A stretch of 63,082 nt of DNA, counting the filler, from Reticulomyxa filosa (Eukaryota; Protista; Foraminifera), in NCBI GenBank assembly GCA_000512085.1. It is 20 parts of 20 records of this genome, joined end to end, with 100 filler letters (N's around TTAATTAATTAA, not from the genome) between each part and the next. Parts side by side here need not be neighbours in the genome. Positions count along the whole stretch, not along the records: positions 51,497 to 53,256 come from ASPP01023494.1; positions 53,357 to 54,713 come from ASPP01029450.1; positions 54,814 to 57,205 come from ASPP01042052.1; positions 57,306 to 59,749 come from ASPP01023151.1; positions 59,850 to 61,407 come from ASPP01023348.1; positions 61,508 to 63,082 come from ASPP01013480.1; 14 more parts are not named here. One strand, 5' to 3'. The first letter of the stretch is position 1. The number at the start of each line of letters is the position of its first letter. This document shows positions 52,389 to 63,082 of the stretch, in pieces. Below the pieces are notes generated by a model. The model was not told where the DNA came from. It ran no database searches and saw only the letters and a list, made by a program, of their open reading frames with translations. The position numbers and the translations under genes are program-made.

Positions 52389-53190
52389 ATGGGCACAATT
52401 TGCTGTTTTTGCAGGAATAAATCCGGCATTTCCCAACGCACAGTGGGTGAAAAAGACCTCACCGATGGTGAAGTGGAGTTAAAAGTCCAACGATCATTTA
52501 ACACAAATGAGCAACACAATGAGCATATCGAGGATATGATTCAAGACATTGCAAGCCATTCAAAATGTTGAGAAGCCTGACAAACAAATGAACAAACAAT
52601 CTGCCACAAGCCTACTGTCAAATACCATCCGTTCACATTCAGCAATAGCTCACATGCAAAAAGAGGAGAGAAAGGATGTCCAAAAAAAAAAAAAAAATGA
52701 TCAATCCATATTGTGTTCTTTCCCCTTTTTCAACCTTTTTTTTTTTTTTAACAAATAAACCAATCACAAAAAAAAAAAAAATAATGAACAGGGGAGTTTT
52801 TTGAAGTTCGATATATATTGTCCTGTTTTCGTGCACTCAGTGGGCCTTTACAATTGACAGAAGAGAAGCTGGAAACGCTTATACCTAACTTGGTGAGTGG
52901 ACTCTTCGTCGACTTTGATGCGTTTTCCAAATTGAAAATTTATCCAGTTGAGAATACAAACAAATGACATGTGTATATGTCATATTGGAACATGGAAGGG
53001 GGGGGGGGGGGGGAAAAAAAAAAACTTTTTTTTTTAAAAAAAAACAACAACAACAACAAAAGAAATGGTCAAAGCGGTTGTATCAAATGTTTTTGAATGA
53101 AGCAGCGAATGAAAAAGGGATTTCATTTCGATCATTTGTTAAATTGTTGGAAACGGCTTGTCGAGGCAATGAAAAAGCGAAAGCAAAGCG
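52389..53190 (+). CDS. N-acylated NCS/calcineurin-B-like EF-hand protein, multi-exon, 3'-partial
   Basis: MGTICCFC (myristoyl + palmitoyl); spliced SKWEFFEVRYILSCFRALS..; WSKRLYQMF..GISFRSFVKLLETACRGNEKAKAK. Confidence 0.7.
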
Positions 53191-53218
53191 TTGAGTACAA
53201 ACAAACAATAACAATGAC

Positions 53219-53256
<38 letters not shown>

Positions 53257-53408
53257 NNNNNNNNNNNNNNNNNNNNNNNNNNNNNNNNNNNNNNNNNNNN
53301 TTAATTAATTAANNNNNNNNNNNNNNNNNNNNNNNNNNNNNNNNNNNNNNNNNNNNCATTCGACGCGCAAAATGAAGAATATGGAGTAAATTGAGCAACA
53401 TTGACAAC

Positions 53409-54661
53409 ATGGGCAATCAAAGCACAGCACAAAAACCTTCTAAAAGACAAGCCAAACAAAAACAAAATCTTATTACCTCGACTTCCGTTCAAGGTTTGAA
53501 GGATTCCTCTACTTCATTTGCCAAACGTGAACGAAAACCTGAACAAAGTCAAGACATAACTACTTCAGCCCCTTTTGAAACTTTGAAGGATTTGCCCACT
53601 CCACTTTGGATTTCTCAATGTGTACTACACAAACACGAAATTCTCATTTGCGGAGGGTATAAACAGAGTGATTGTTATTCTTATCATACAATAAAAATCA
53701 AATACAAGTTTATTTGTTCATATCCAAGCAATGTCTATTTAGCTGGACACTGTGTGGTGAAACTGAAAGATCACAACAGCAAAGATGGCAATGAAATTAC
53801 TTTGTTATCTTTTGGTGGAAATAAAGATACGCAGCATACTTTGGTGATGAAATATGTAAGCGTTTGGAGTAATGGTAATAAAATAAAGAAATCAAGCAAT
53901 GACAATAAGTGGGTTCCATTTACAAATAATCACTATCATCCAATTCATATTGGAAGAGGAGATGGATCGCGTGCAGTGATTAGTGGAAGCAACAATCATT
54001 TATTATTTATCACTTATCCTAGAGATAATATTAGCGTGTTTGATTTAAATACATTTCAATTTATTAAACATGACACTTTACCAACTGATGATTTCATTGG
54101 CTATCATTGCTTTGTATCAAAGTCTGAAAATGGACAAGGACAAGAAATGATGAAAACAAATAAAAATAAAATAAAAATAAAAACCATGAAATGTTGCTAT
54201 TTTCTTTCAATAAGGGATTATTGATTGAATATGATGAAGATAACAATACTTTTCAATTTCATCAATTACTTGTTTGTGATGATATTGCATCATTCTATCA
54301 ATACGCTTATGTGTGTATCAATGATGTCATCTTGTTCTTTGGTGGATTTGGTTATAAAGATGGCAAGTATGTTGTTTCAAAATCATTGCACAAGTATTCA
54401 ATTCGAGAAAACAAATGGATAACATTTCAAAATACATTACCCAGTCCATTGTATACTTGCGTTGCGGTATTGAGTGAAGACAACACGCTTGTGCACATCA
54501 TTGGAGGAATGAATACAAAACAAGCGTTTGTTTCAACACACATGAAAACGAAAGTGAGTGAATGGTTGAGTGAAGAAGAAATGAAAAAAGGAGTCCAATT
54601 GAAAGTAGAAAAGGAAGAAAAAGAGAATGGGAATGAAACAGACAAAATAGTAAAAAAAAGG
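53409..54661 (+). CDS. Kelch-like beta-propeller protein of an expanded lineage-specific family; frameshift in A-tract at ~54175
   Basis: FETLKDLPTPL..SQCVLHKHEILICGG, LLSFGG, ILFFGG, VHIIGG repeats; MG N-terminus. Confidence 0.8.
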
Positions 54662-54989
54662 TATACAAGTTAAGTATTGCATTTCAGTCGCAGTTTACAT
54701 GCAAGGATAATTGNNNNNNNNNNNNNNNNNNNNNNNNNNNNNNNNNNNNNNNNNNNNTTAATTAATTAANNNNNNNNNNNNNNNNNNNNNNNNNNNNNNN
54801 NNNNNNNNNNNNNCCATTTTAGGTGTCAACTTTACTTTGCATTCTACTGTACAAATTTACTGAACGACAAGATTTGAATATATATAAAGTGTAAAAATAT
54901 AAAAATATTATTTTATCTATTAAATATCATTTATAGGAAATCGGCATATTATAAGTAATACTTTAAAAAATGAAAGATCCATATTAATT

Positions 54990-56666
54990 GATTTTTTGAA
55001 ATTCTCAGAGATCCTATGTTAATGCCATTAACACAAAACGACAAATATATACCAAATTATTCTGAAGAATTTCCTGAAGATGATGAAGGATTTGCTGAAG
55101 GTGATGAAAAATTTCATGAAGATGATAATGATAAACACAATACATTGTGGAATGAAAGTTTGAACGATATCAAAGATATTCAGAAATAGAAGAAATAGAA
55201 TTTAATTTGATGAAATTCTACTTCATCAGATGACAATTGTAAATCAAAAAGCACGCATATCGTTATATTGTGTACATAACTATCAATTACAATTTCTACT
55301 AATTGAATAGTTAAACACTATTTCGTGAACTTATCAAAGTCGTAAATAAATGGACACTAGAAGTCACAAATCTGGTAACATCATCGACAATAAATGACTA
55401 ACTAATATTGAAATATCGAACAATTGAATATCTTAAAGGTGTTGAAGCTGTATTTGGATATTATCAATATATTGGATTAATCGTTGCATTAAAGAAGCTA
55501 AAGTTATCAATGAATTTTCATTTGAGGTAAGATTTATTTATTGAAAATTTTTTATGTTATGATTACATATTAAAGGAGATGAAAATGTTATTGTAAACTA
55601 TTAAAGCGTGCAGGACTAAGTCACAAGAGGGAGGTCGCGCCACCAACAGCAACAACTGACCTGGAGATATCATGATTAGATTGTTCAACGAGGACTTGGA
55701 TCGTAACTTATTCGATATTGGAATAACTCACAATAATATAACGAACCAACTACCTGGGAAGTTAGTCGCAGCGAATAATTATTTTGATTATAAAATAAGG
55801 AAATATAGAAGTATATTCGAGAACTCAAATTCGTCAAAATTCAGGTTTGATGAATGATTCTTAACTGCTGCATTTGGCTAGAGTATGTGAGGGCGAATTT
55901 GGGGGACGACTTCACGTTATAGAATAGCATGATTGTATAATTTTTTAAATTTTTTTTCCAAAAATTATTATAAAGAAAGTAATTGCTAGACGTTTTGCTG
56001 ATGTTTTAGTTGTGATTAACTCGACTGGATCCTTGTATTGCAAGTCAAATTTGGCTGGATAAATGAATTAGAAAGAACTATCGTCAATTATATTAGTTCA
56101 TTTGTATTTTCTTTTTTAAAAAATAAAAAACAAAAATATTTAAACATTTAACAGGCTGTTCAATTTATGTTGACATGCTTCGATCGTCACTCAAATCAAT
56201 TACGTTCGCTGGACATAATGGCATTATAAATGCAAACAGCAGTGTAAATATTAATCATATAAGTGCAAATGAACATGCAAACTTTAACCTTTAGAACAGC
56301 ATATTATAGAAGCTGTAGATAGTAGTATTTATATTAACGTTAACGCATTATGCAATAATTTTTAATTACTAATTCTTAATTTAATACAAAATCAAGGTGA
56401 TGGTATGCAAAATCAAAGATTGTGACAAAATTATACATGTATATGTAGTTCCCAATATGCTAATGAAAAAAAAATTGTATGCCGAAAACCAAGAATTGAA
56501 GGAAATCATTAAGGCATACAAAAATCTTGTAGAATCAATTAAGTATTATTGTAACATATTGGAACCTAAAAGAAGGACACATGCGGACGGTATAACAGAT
56601 TATGACAAGATCGAAACGACAAAGACTAGCAAAAAATTTTGCCAATATACAAAAAAAGTATTATAA
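54990..56666 (+). pseudogene. Heavily decayed coding remnants, family unrecognised
   Basis: Scattered short coding-like segments (acidic run near 55060-55130, ORFs 55672 and 56397) with stops. Confidence 0.3.
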
Positions 56667-57619
56667 ATAGAATTTCTCTATTATTTTGCTTTAGTTAAAA
56701 GTGCAATTGAAATCAAAGAGAAAATATTTTTATTAGTGGATTTTAATCTTTTTTTCATATCATTGAATAATCAAAAATTATTTTTAAAAGTCGTATTCTT
56801 TGTTATATTTTTTACAAAGTGTAATACGAAAGTAAGAAAGCTTTTTTGTTTCAAAAGACGTTTTGGTGAGAAAAAAAAAGATTAGTCTTCTACGTTGCGT
56901 AGTTTTTGAGAAAACTAAATTTTTTGTTAATACAAAAATTTTTTTTGCAGAATAAATGTTATTTTGCAAAGTTTGTACATTGTGAAGATATGATGGTTTT
57001 TGACTATTGTTTGCATTATATTTACTTATCTTTGGTTTTTTTTCTTTTTTGTCTAATACCAATTAGATCAAGTTAATTCAAAAGCAATATAACTGAAATT
57101 TTTTTTGTAGTAAAGATTGTTTTAAGGAAAATTACTATTTAGTTACATTACCTTGCATTGTGTACTGCTTGTATTTTTTTTGGTATTGATTTTGTTAAGT
57201 TTATGNNNNNNNNNNNNNNNNNNNNNNNNNNNNNNNNNNNNNNNNNNNNTTAATTAATTAANNNNNNNNNNNNNNNNNNNNNNNNNNNNNNNNNNNNNNN
57301 NNNNNCATAATGCACAACTCATAAATGTTAACAAAAAAGATACAAATTTGTAATTTTTTTGAATATTTTCACACTTTTGACAAAAGATTTGAAAAAATAA
57401 CTGTTAAAATTTTTTGTACAGTATTTCTACAATTGTAATTCCAAAAAACGAATTAATTCAGAAAATTGAAAATTAAAATAGTTTTTTGTAATGATTTATT
57501 ATTGTTCCTTGAGTGATGATTTTTCTGTGAAGAGAAAAAGTTTTCCCTTTTAGAAAAAGCTCTTGTGCTTTACGAATGTGGTTTTAACTCTTCTATCTTC
57601 AAATAGTTTAACAAACCAA

Positions 57620-59400
57620 ATGTGAACAACATGAAGAGTTCCTTCACCAATGTATTCCTCTGCAAAATGAAACAGCTGCCAAAAAAGAAAGAAAACAATC
57701 AGTGTAAACCCAGTCACTCAAAGCAGCATCATTCGAAAAAAGCATGCGTCACCACGGTCAAAATAAATACGCTTGCCTATTGTGGCCAATCTCATTTCAA
57801 GTCTAATATTTTAATACATTGACCACCAAGAACACTCGCCATCTATAGAAAAGGTTCTGAAGAACAAAGCATAACAAAATTAGCAATGATCCAATTTATG
57901 GTGAAGTTGAAAAATTCCTCTTTGTTGGAATTATCATCAATGGGAAAAAGGTGATACCGAACACGAGAAAATAGAGGAAAAACCACAGGTAAATGTACAT
58001 ACTATCAACTCAGATGATATTTGTCATGTAAATCTTCAGCAGCACCTAAAAAAAAGGAACTTGTTACCATTGCAACAAAGATATTTAAATAAAATTATAA
58101 TTTCTGAACATTCCAGGAATGGGGATCGGATTGACAATTTTTTTTTTTTTTGTGTAGATGATGAAAAAGTAGTCCGAAACAACGTATACAATAACTTGTC
58201 AAAAAGACACATCTTTTTTTTTTTTGGAGGGACACATTATTTTATAAGAATGTTTTGGATTGAACCTGTTTAGGGTTTTAGGTTGTCAAATACTGTGGCA
58301 AAAGTGAAAAGTTTGTCGGTATGGAACTCAGCGAATGTGACGAAAATGCAGAGGATGGGCCGAAAAATGAAAAGCGGCACTTTAGTTGCAAAACTGGATG
58401 AGGACTCAAAGGTATTGGCAAAGTTTGAATATCACTTCCAACCTAAAAGTATCTGGACCTGAATTATTTTTTGAACAAAGAGTACGATCCACGAACGGGA
58501 AACAGGATCGGCATGGAAGAGCGGCTCAAGATTTTGGAATAAAAGAAAGGGATTGAAAGGAGGAATTGAGTAGAATGATTGAAATAGCTGTAAGGATGAA
58601 CAAGTTTATTTTGATAATAATTTATCATTTAGAATTTAGAATTTTATTTTGAATACTCAAACGGATAAATGGCATAAAAAAATATGTACACATATATGAA
58701 AGGAACGGTTCTATATATTTCACAAAATGAAATCAATACAATGAAAATATTGGAATTGAGTTGGGTAAATTACTTTCTCAAGGCCATGATGGCAAATACA
58801 ACTTTTCGACAAGACATGGCTATGGACTGTTTGTGACGACGAAAGACATTCACAAAGTGTTTCTACAATTGTCCAAATTGACCTTGCACTCAGCGACGGC
58901 GAAATTATCGGATTGAAATCGCAACATTGGCGGGCCAATGAAGGTAATGGGAATGTAAATGGCAAAAAGTATTTCATCACGGAGTTTGCCAAAGTGACGT
59001 GGATCGAACTCGTGTTGGAATAATTTTTCGGCCAATGCCATGAACGGCCCAGTCAAATGGACTCGGATAAGCGAAGCGTCTCATTAAAGCGAGAGTTGGA
59101 CACTTGGGATCCCAATGCCAACAACGAAACATTTAATGATATTTTTTTTATCAACATTTAAATTATGTAATTATTGCAGACTGAGGATTTGCTCATGTCA
59201 CTGTAGTTGGATTTGTGATTGCTCTAAGCCGGCGGTCTGCTTAATGATTTCGACAATTTTAGAAAGCTTTGTAAAATACCAGTGATCGTTAGCGGTGGTA
59301 AAAAGACCATTGAGATTCCATGAGTCCATTTCGATACCAATAATTTCAGGATTCGTCGCTCACAGTGTCAATATACTTTACCTTGCCTGTCCGTCCTCGC
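57620..59400 (-). pseudogene. Multi-exon pseudogene of unrecognised family
   Basis: Coding-like blocks (RCWHWDPKCPTLALMRRFAY/RVHLTGPFMALAEKLF.., VVFPLFSRVRYHLFPIDD..) separated by short AT-rich introns, with in-frame stops and frameshifts. Confidence 0.5.
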
Positions 59401-60740
59401 ATCAATCTCACATGATCACCGATCTTTAGATGTTTCAGCAATTCCTTCTCCCGAATGTAACAAAACGTAATCTTCCTTCCGCTTCTCCTCCTGCTTTTTC
59501 TTCTTCTTTGAACAATGACTCTGTTCAGAGTTGGATGACAGCATTTGCAACACTGACTGTTGTCGAAACATTGTTAATATTTAATTTTATATTTATAATT
59601 TATCTATTATCTGCATGTTTTACATTGCGTTAATCATATTTTCATTTGTTCATTTTATTTTGTCCTAAATAGTAATTGCATTATCATTTGAAGATGCTTT
59701 TTAAGAATTTGTAATGAAAGATGATAAAAACTGTATTCGAAGATTATCANNNNNNNNNNNNNNNNNNNNNNNNNNNNNNNNNNNNNNNNNNNNTTAATTA
59801 ATTAANNNNNNNNNNNNNNNNNNNNNNNNNNNNNNNNNNNNNNNNNNNNATTTGCATGTGTTAAATAAACAAGTTATATTAAACTCCAACATTTACATTT
59901 TTAATACTTATATAAACGCCTCTTTATTTTTCTTTTCTTTTATCACTTTGAAGTGGCAATGTCAAATTTTTTTTCTAAAAAAAACTCGTGCAAAAACATT
60001 TTTCAGAGTCGACAAGAGTTTTTGTATGCTATTTAAATTCCTGTTTGCATGGGATCCTCAACGTCGGCAAACAAAACCATTAGATAGGAGTAGAATGTTA
60101 TTTTGTAATTTGTTGTGATGAGCCTTTCTAAATCTGAATGCGTTGTTGCTTTTAATAAGATTATTCTAATAAATTGTTTTAAAGTAATCATTATGTAAAC
60201 CAAGGAACAGCTATTGTGTATTCTCTTCAAGGCCAATTGATTTTTTCTTTTATATAGTACAAAGTTTTTTTTTACAAAGAGCTGTATTTAAGGAACGGTT
60301 AAAAACTTTTATTAGTCCTTTTTTTTTTTGAAAATAGAGTAGATTTTTTTCCCAGAAATGAACCATAAAGTCAAAAACAGTGGAAAAGGAAAATATAAGA
60401 AAATCTTTTCTATTTGAAAAAGCATTTACTCGAAGTCGCAACAAGTTTTTTTTAGTAGATTACAAAATTTCATTACAAAGTGTCCATTTAAATAAATACC
60501 ACTTAAATACTATTTTGTTATTCATGTTATTAAATGTTACTTTTTTTTAAAAAAGGGGTGATGTGACCATTTTGAAAAAAACAAAACAATAAATCATTAA
60601 ATAAAAACAAATCCGAAAGTCAATTGATATCTTTTTTGCTTTGCAAAAAGATGCTTTCAATAACAAATCAGCACTTTTTCAATGTACTTTCCCCTTTTAA
60701 AAAAACCTAAACTACTTCATAATTCCTCAACATTAACAAC

Positions 60741-61180
60741 ATGAGCAACGAAATCTCTCAAACTTTGAAGGAGCTACTCACTTCGCTTTCTCATTTTCAA
60801 TGTGTGCTACACAAACATGAACTCCTTATTTATGGAGGTTATCAACAAAGAGCTTGTTATTTTCGTCATACACTAAAAAACGAATACAAGATTATCTGTG
60901 ATGTTAAATTAATGGTACATTGTGTAGTGAATACTGGTAAATAATAAACAACAAAGAAAATAATCAAATCACTTTGCTGTCTTTTGGTGAATTACATAAA
61001 CATACAATTAGTGATGAAATATGTGAATTTTGGAGTATATTTCAATTTATTAAACATGATAAATTCCCAATTGATAATAATATTTTTTTTTTTATTGATT
61101 TGTATCAAATTCAGAAAATGGGCAAGGATAAGAAATGGCGAAAACAAATAAACAAAATTATCAAATGCTGTTATTTTGTT
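60741..61180 (+). pseudogene. Internally deleted paralog of the 53409 Kelch-like gene
   Basis: Clear nucleotide similarity (actttgaagga..caatgtgtgctacacaaaca), with deletions and frameshifts. Confidence 0.85.
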
Positions 61181-61507
61181 TCAGTTGGACATGCTGAACT
61201 TGTATGCGAGAGTGATATATTTTCAAATGGAGAAGTCGGAGAAACGATGCAGCAAAATGGTGTCTGATTGCAAACGTGATGTTGAATCTCATCACCAGCC
61301 ATGTGGATAACAAGACAGCGAATGAATACTGATAAAACACGGCATTATCCGGATTTTAAGATTTATGCAAGCTATGTTTGAGCCCACTGTAGCCTTGGGC
61401 AAAAAAANNNNNNNNNNNNNNNNNNNNNNNNNNNNNNNNNNNNNNNNNNNNTTAATTAATTAANNNNNNNNNNNNNNNNNNNNNNNNNNNNNNNNNNNNN
61501 NNNNNNN

Positions 61508-61547
<40 letters not shown>

Positions 61548-61559
61548 GCTTTGGGCAAC

Positions 61560-63000
61560 TCACACATGCGTACAAAAGACAAAAGTCTGTTTAAACCTGG
61601 AGCGCCAGCTTGATCGTCGTCTTCCTTTAGCTCCTCCTCGTCTTCCTCTTCTCTCACTTGTTCCATTTTCTCCTCTTTCTTTTCTTCTTCGTGATCTACT
61701 CTCTTTTTGGACTACATTTATTTTGTATATTTCAAACAATTTTTTTTTTTTTTTTTAAAAAAAAAGAAGATATGCTCACATCCACCCACACACACACACA
61801 TACAAATATAAAAAAGAGAAAAGTGAAAGAATAGAGATTGATAAACTAATTTGGACAACCAGCCGAATGTGCCAGTAGTCGTGACGGCCTGCTTGGAGGC
61901 CGATTTGGTAGTGATTGCATTTGGGGCTTGTTTGTCGACAGTGAATGTGGTTTTCGGATCCGAGGCCAGGCCACCTTCGCCAGCAATAGCGCTAGTAGTA
62001 GCAGTAGCGCCGACGCTGGACGTTGCGCCAGTTTGTCCCACAGGAATGCTTCCCGTTCGAAATAGTCGTTCGAAAAAACGCGTCATGCGCGAGGATGTTT
62101 TGGAACTGGACTTGGGCGAAGAGGGAGCTCGATTATGCTGTTGTTGTTGTTGTTGTTGTTGCTGCTGTTGCTGTTGCTGTTGTTGTTGTTGTTGTTGCGA
62201 CGGCTTCCCACTGTACGCAGATACACTGCGACGAAGGGCATTTGGTGAATGGTCTTGATCAGGAGTCGTGTCGGGACCAAAGTCGGTCTGGCTTCGCTTA
62301 ACTTTGTATATAAAGAACGGACGTAAGTTGGCTCAAATACAAAAAAAATAAAAATAAAGTGAACGTGTAGACGAAACTGCGATCGATTGCGTTGGGCAGA
62401 GGCTCATGATTTTGCAAGGATTCATTGTTTTGCAAGCTTGGATCAGTAGATGGAATGGGCTGTTTTTGCGTCTCTTTGTGGCTTCGTGAGCGGTGGAGTT
62501 GCTGCATTTTCTGTCGCGTTGTTGAACTGTCTTGTGACGATTGAACCGCATGACTTTTAGCTTTTGCTTTTACTTTTGTTAATTTTTTGATTTTCTGAAT
62601 TTTTTTAAATTCTTACGTTCATTGATTAAAAAAAATATATATATATATATATAAATGTGTTATATGTTAATATATACATATATATGTATGTGCATATATA
62701 CAAACTACTATGTTGATTAATAATGGTCGCCAATTCGTGATTGTCATAATCTTTTTCTTCCTCCTTTTCATGGTCACGATCATGGCCATGGTCATGGTCA
62801 TGGTCATGGTCATGATCACGATCACGATCACGATCACGACCATGATCATCATTGTCGTTGTCGTTTTCGACTAATTTTTCAAAGGCTTCAAACGCTTCGT
62901 CGTCCCAAAACTCACTGTTCATACGATTCACTTCGATTTCTATCAACGCTTCAATTTCTTGCTCCAATTTTTGCATTTCTGCCAATTCTGCACAGCAAAA
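61560..63000 (-). CDS. Internal exons of a low-complexity protein (coiled coil, DH/DR repeat, poly-N, S/T-rich)
   Basis: Exon-like ORF segments 62710-62990, 62365-62550, 61855-62300 and 61590-61710, separated by TA-microsatellite/homopolymer introns. Confidence 0.6.
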
Positions 63001-63042
63001 CAAAACCTTTTTGTTTTGTTGTGTTTTATTTATTTCGCTGTT

Positions 63043-63082
<40 letters not shown>

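Noticed and set aside
62766-62850. (DH/DR)n hexamer repeat as a metal-binding module
   Set aside because: Simple-sequence expansions are pervasive in these coding regions, so slippage explains it without invoking function.

Overview
AT-rich, intron-containing eukaryotic DNA read in the standard genetic code. It is not one locus: 20 short contigs are joined by 19 identical artificial 100-bp linkers (44 N + TTAATTAATTAA + 44 N), so gene order across linkers means nothing. The homopolymer-laden introns, the 'TLKxLPxPL..SQCVLHKHE.LICGG' Kelch-like family and the decayed NACHT genes resemble the foraminiferan Reticulomyxa filosa draft genome; this is recollection, not a search result. Recognisable genes, many partial, are a class-3 lipase, SDR, tandem CCCH protein, PA28, cytochrome b5, PMM, frataxin, Nup155, Ariadne RBR ligase, PNO1, a PDZ protein, a secreted MRH-domain protein, ArfGAP, NADP-IDH, PRP3, RPL9, VPS9, TBC, importin-5-like and an NCS/CBL-like protein, plus several pseudogenes. 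Four observations stand out. (1) A fully Watson-Crick-paired but apparently non-decoding tRNA-like cloverleaf (19337-19414, minus) has an abutting hairpin and a nearby 16-bp tandem array. (2) Many introns have poly-A rather than polypyrimidine 3' ends, and some have complementary T/A arms. (3) A CapZIP/FAM21-like capping-protein-motif protein ends in a CCIIM prenylation box. (4) A 5-exon Cys-rich single-pass membrane protein is not recoverable from the ORF track. All exon models were derived by eye.
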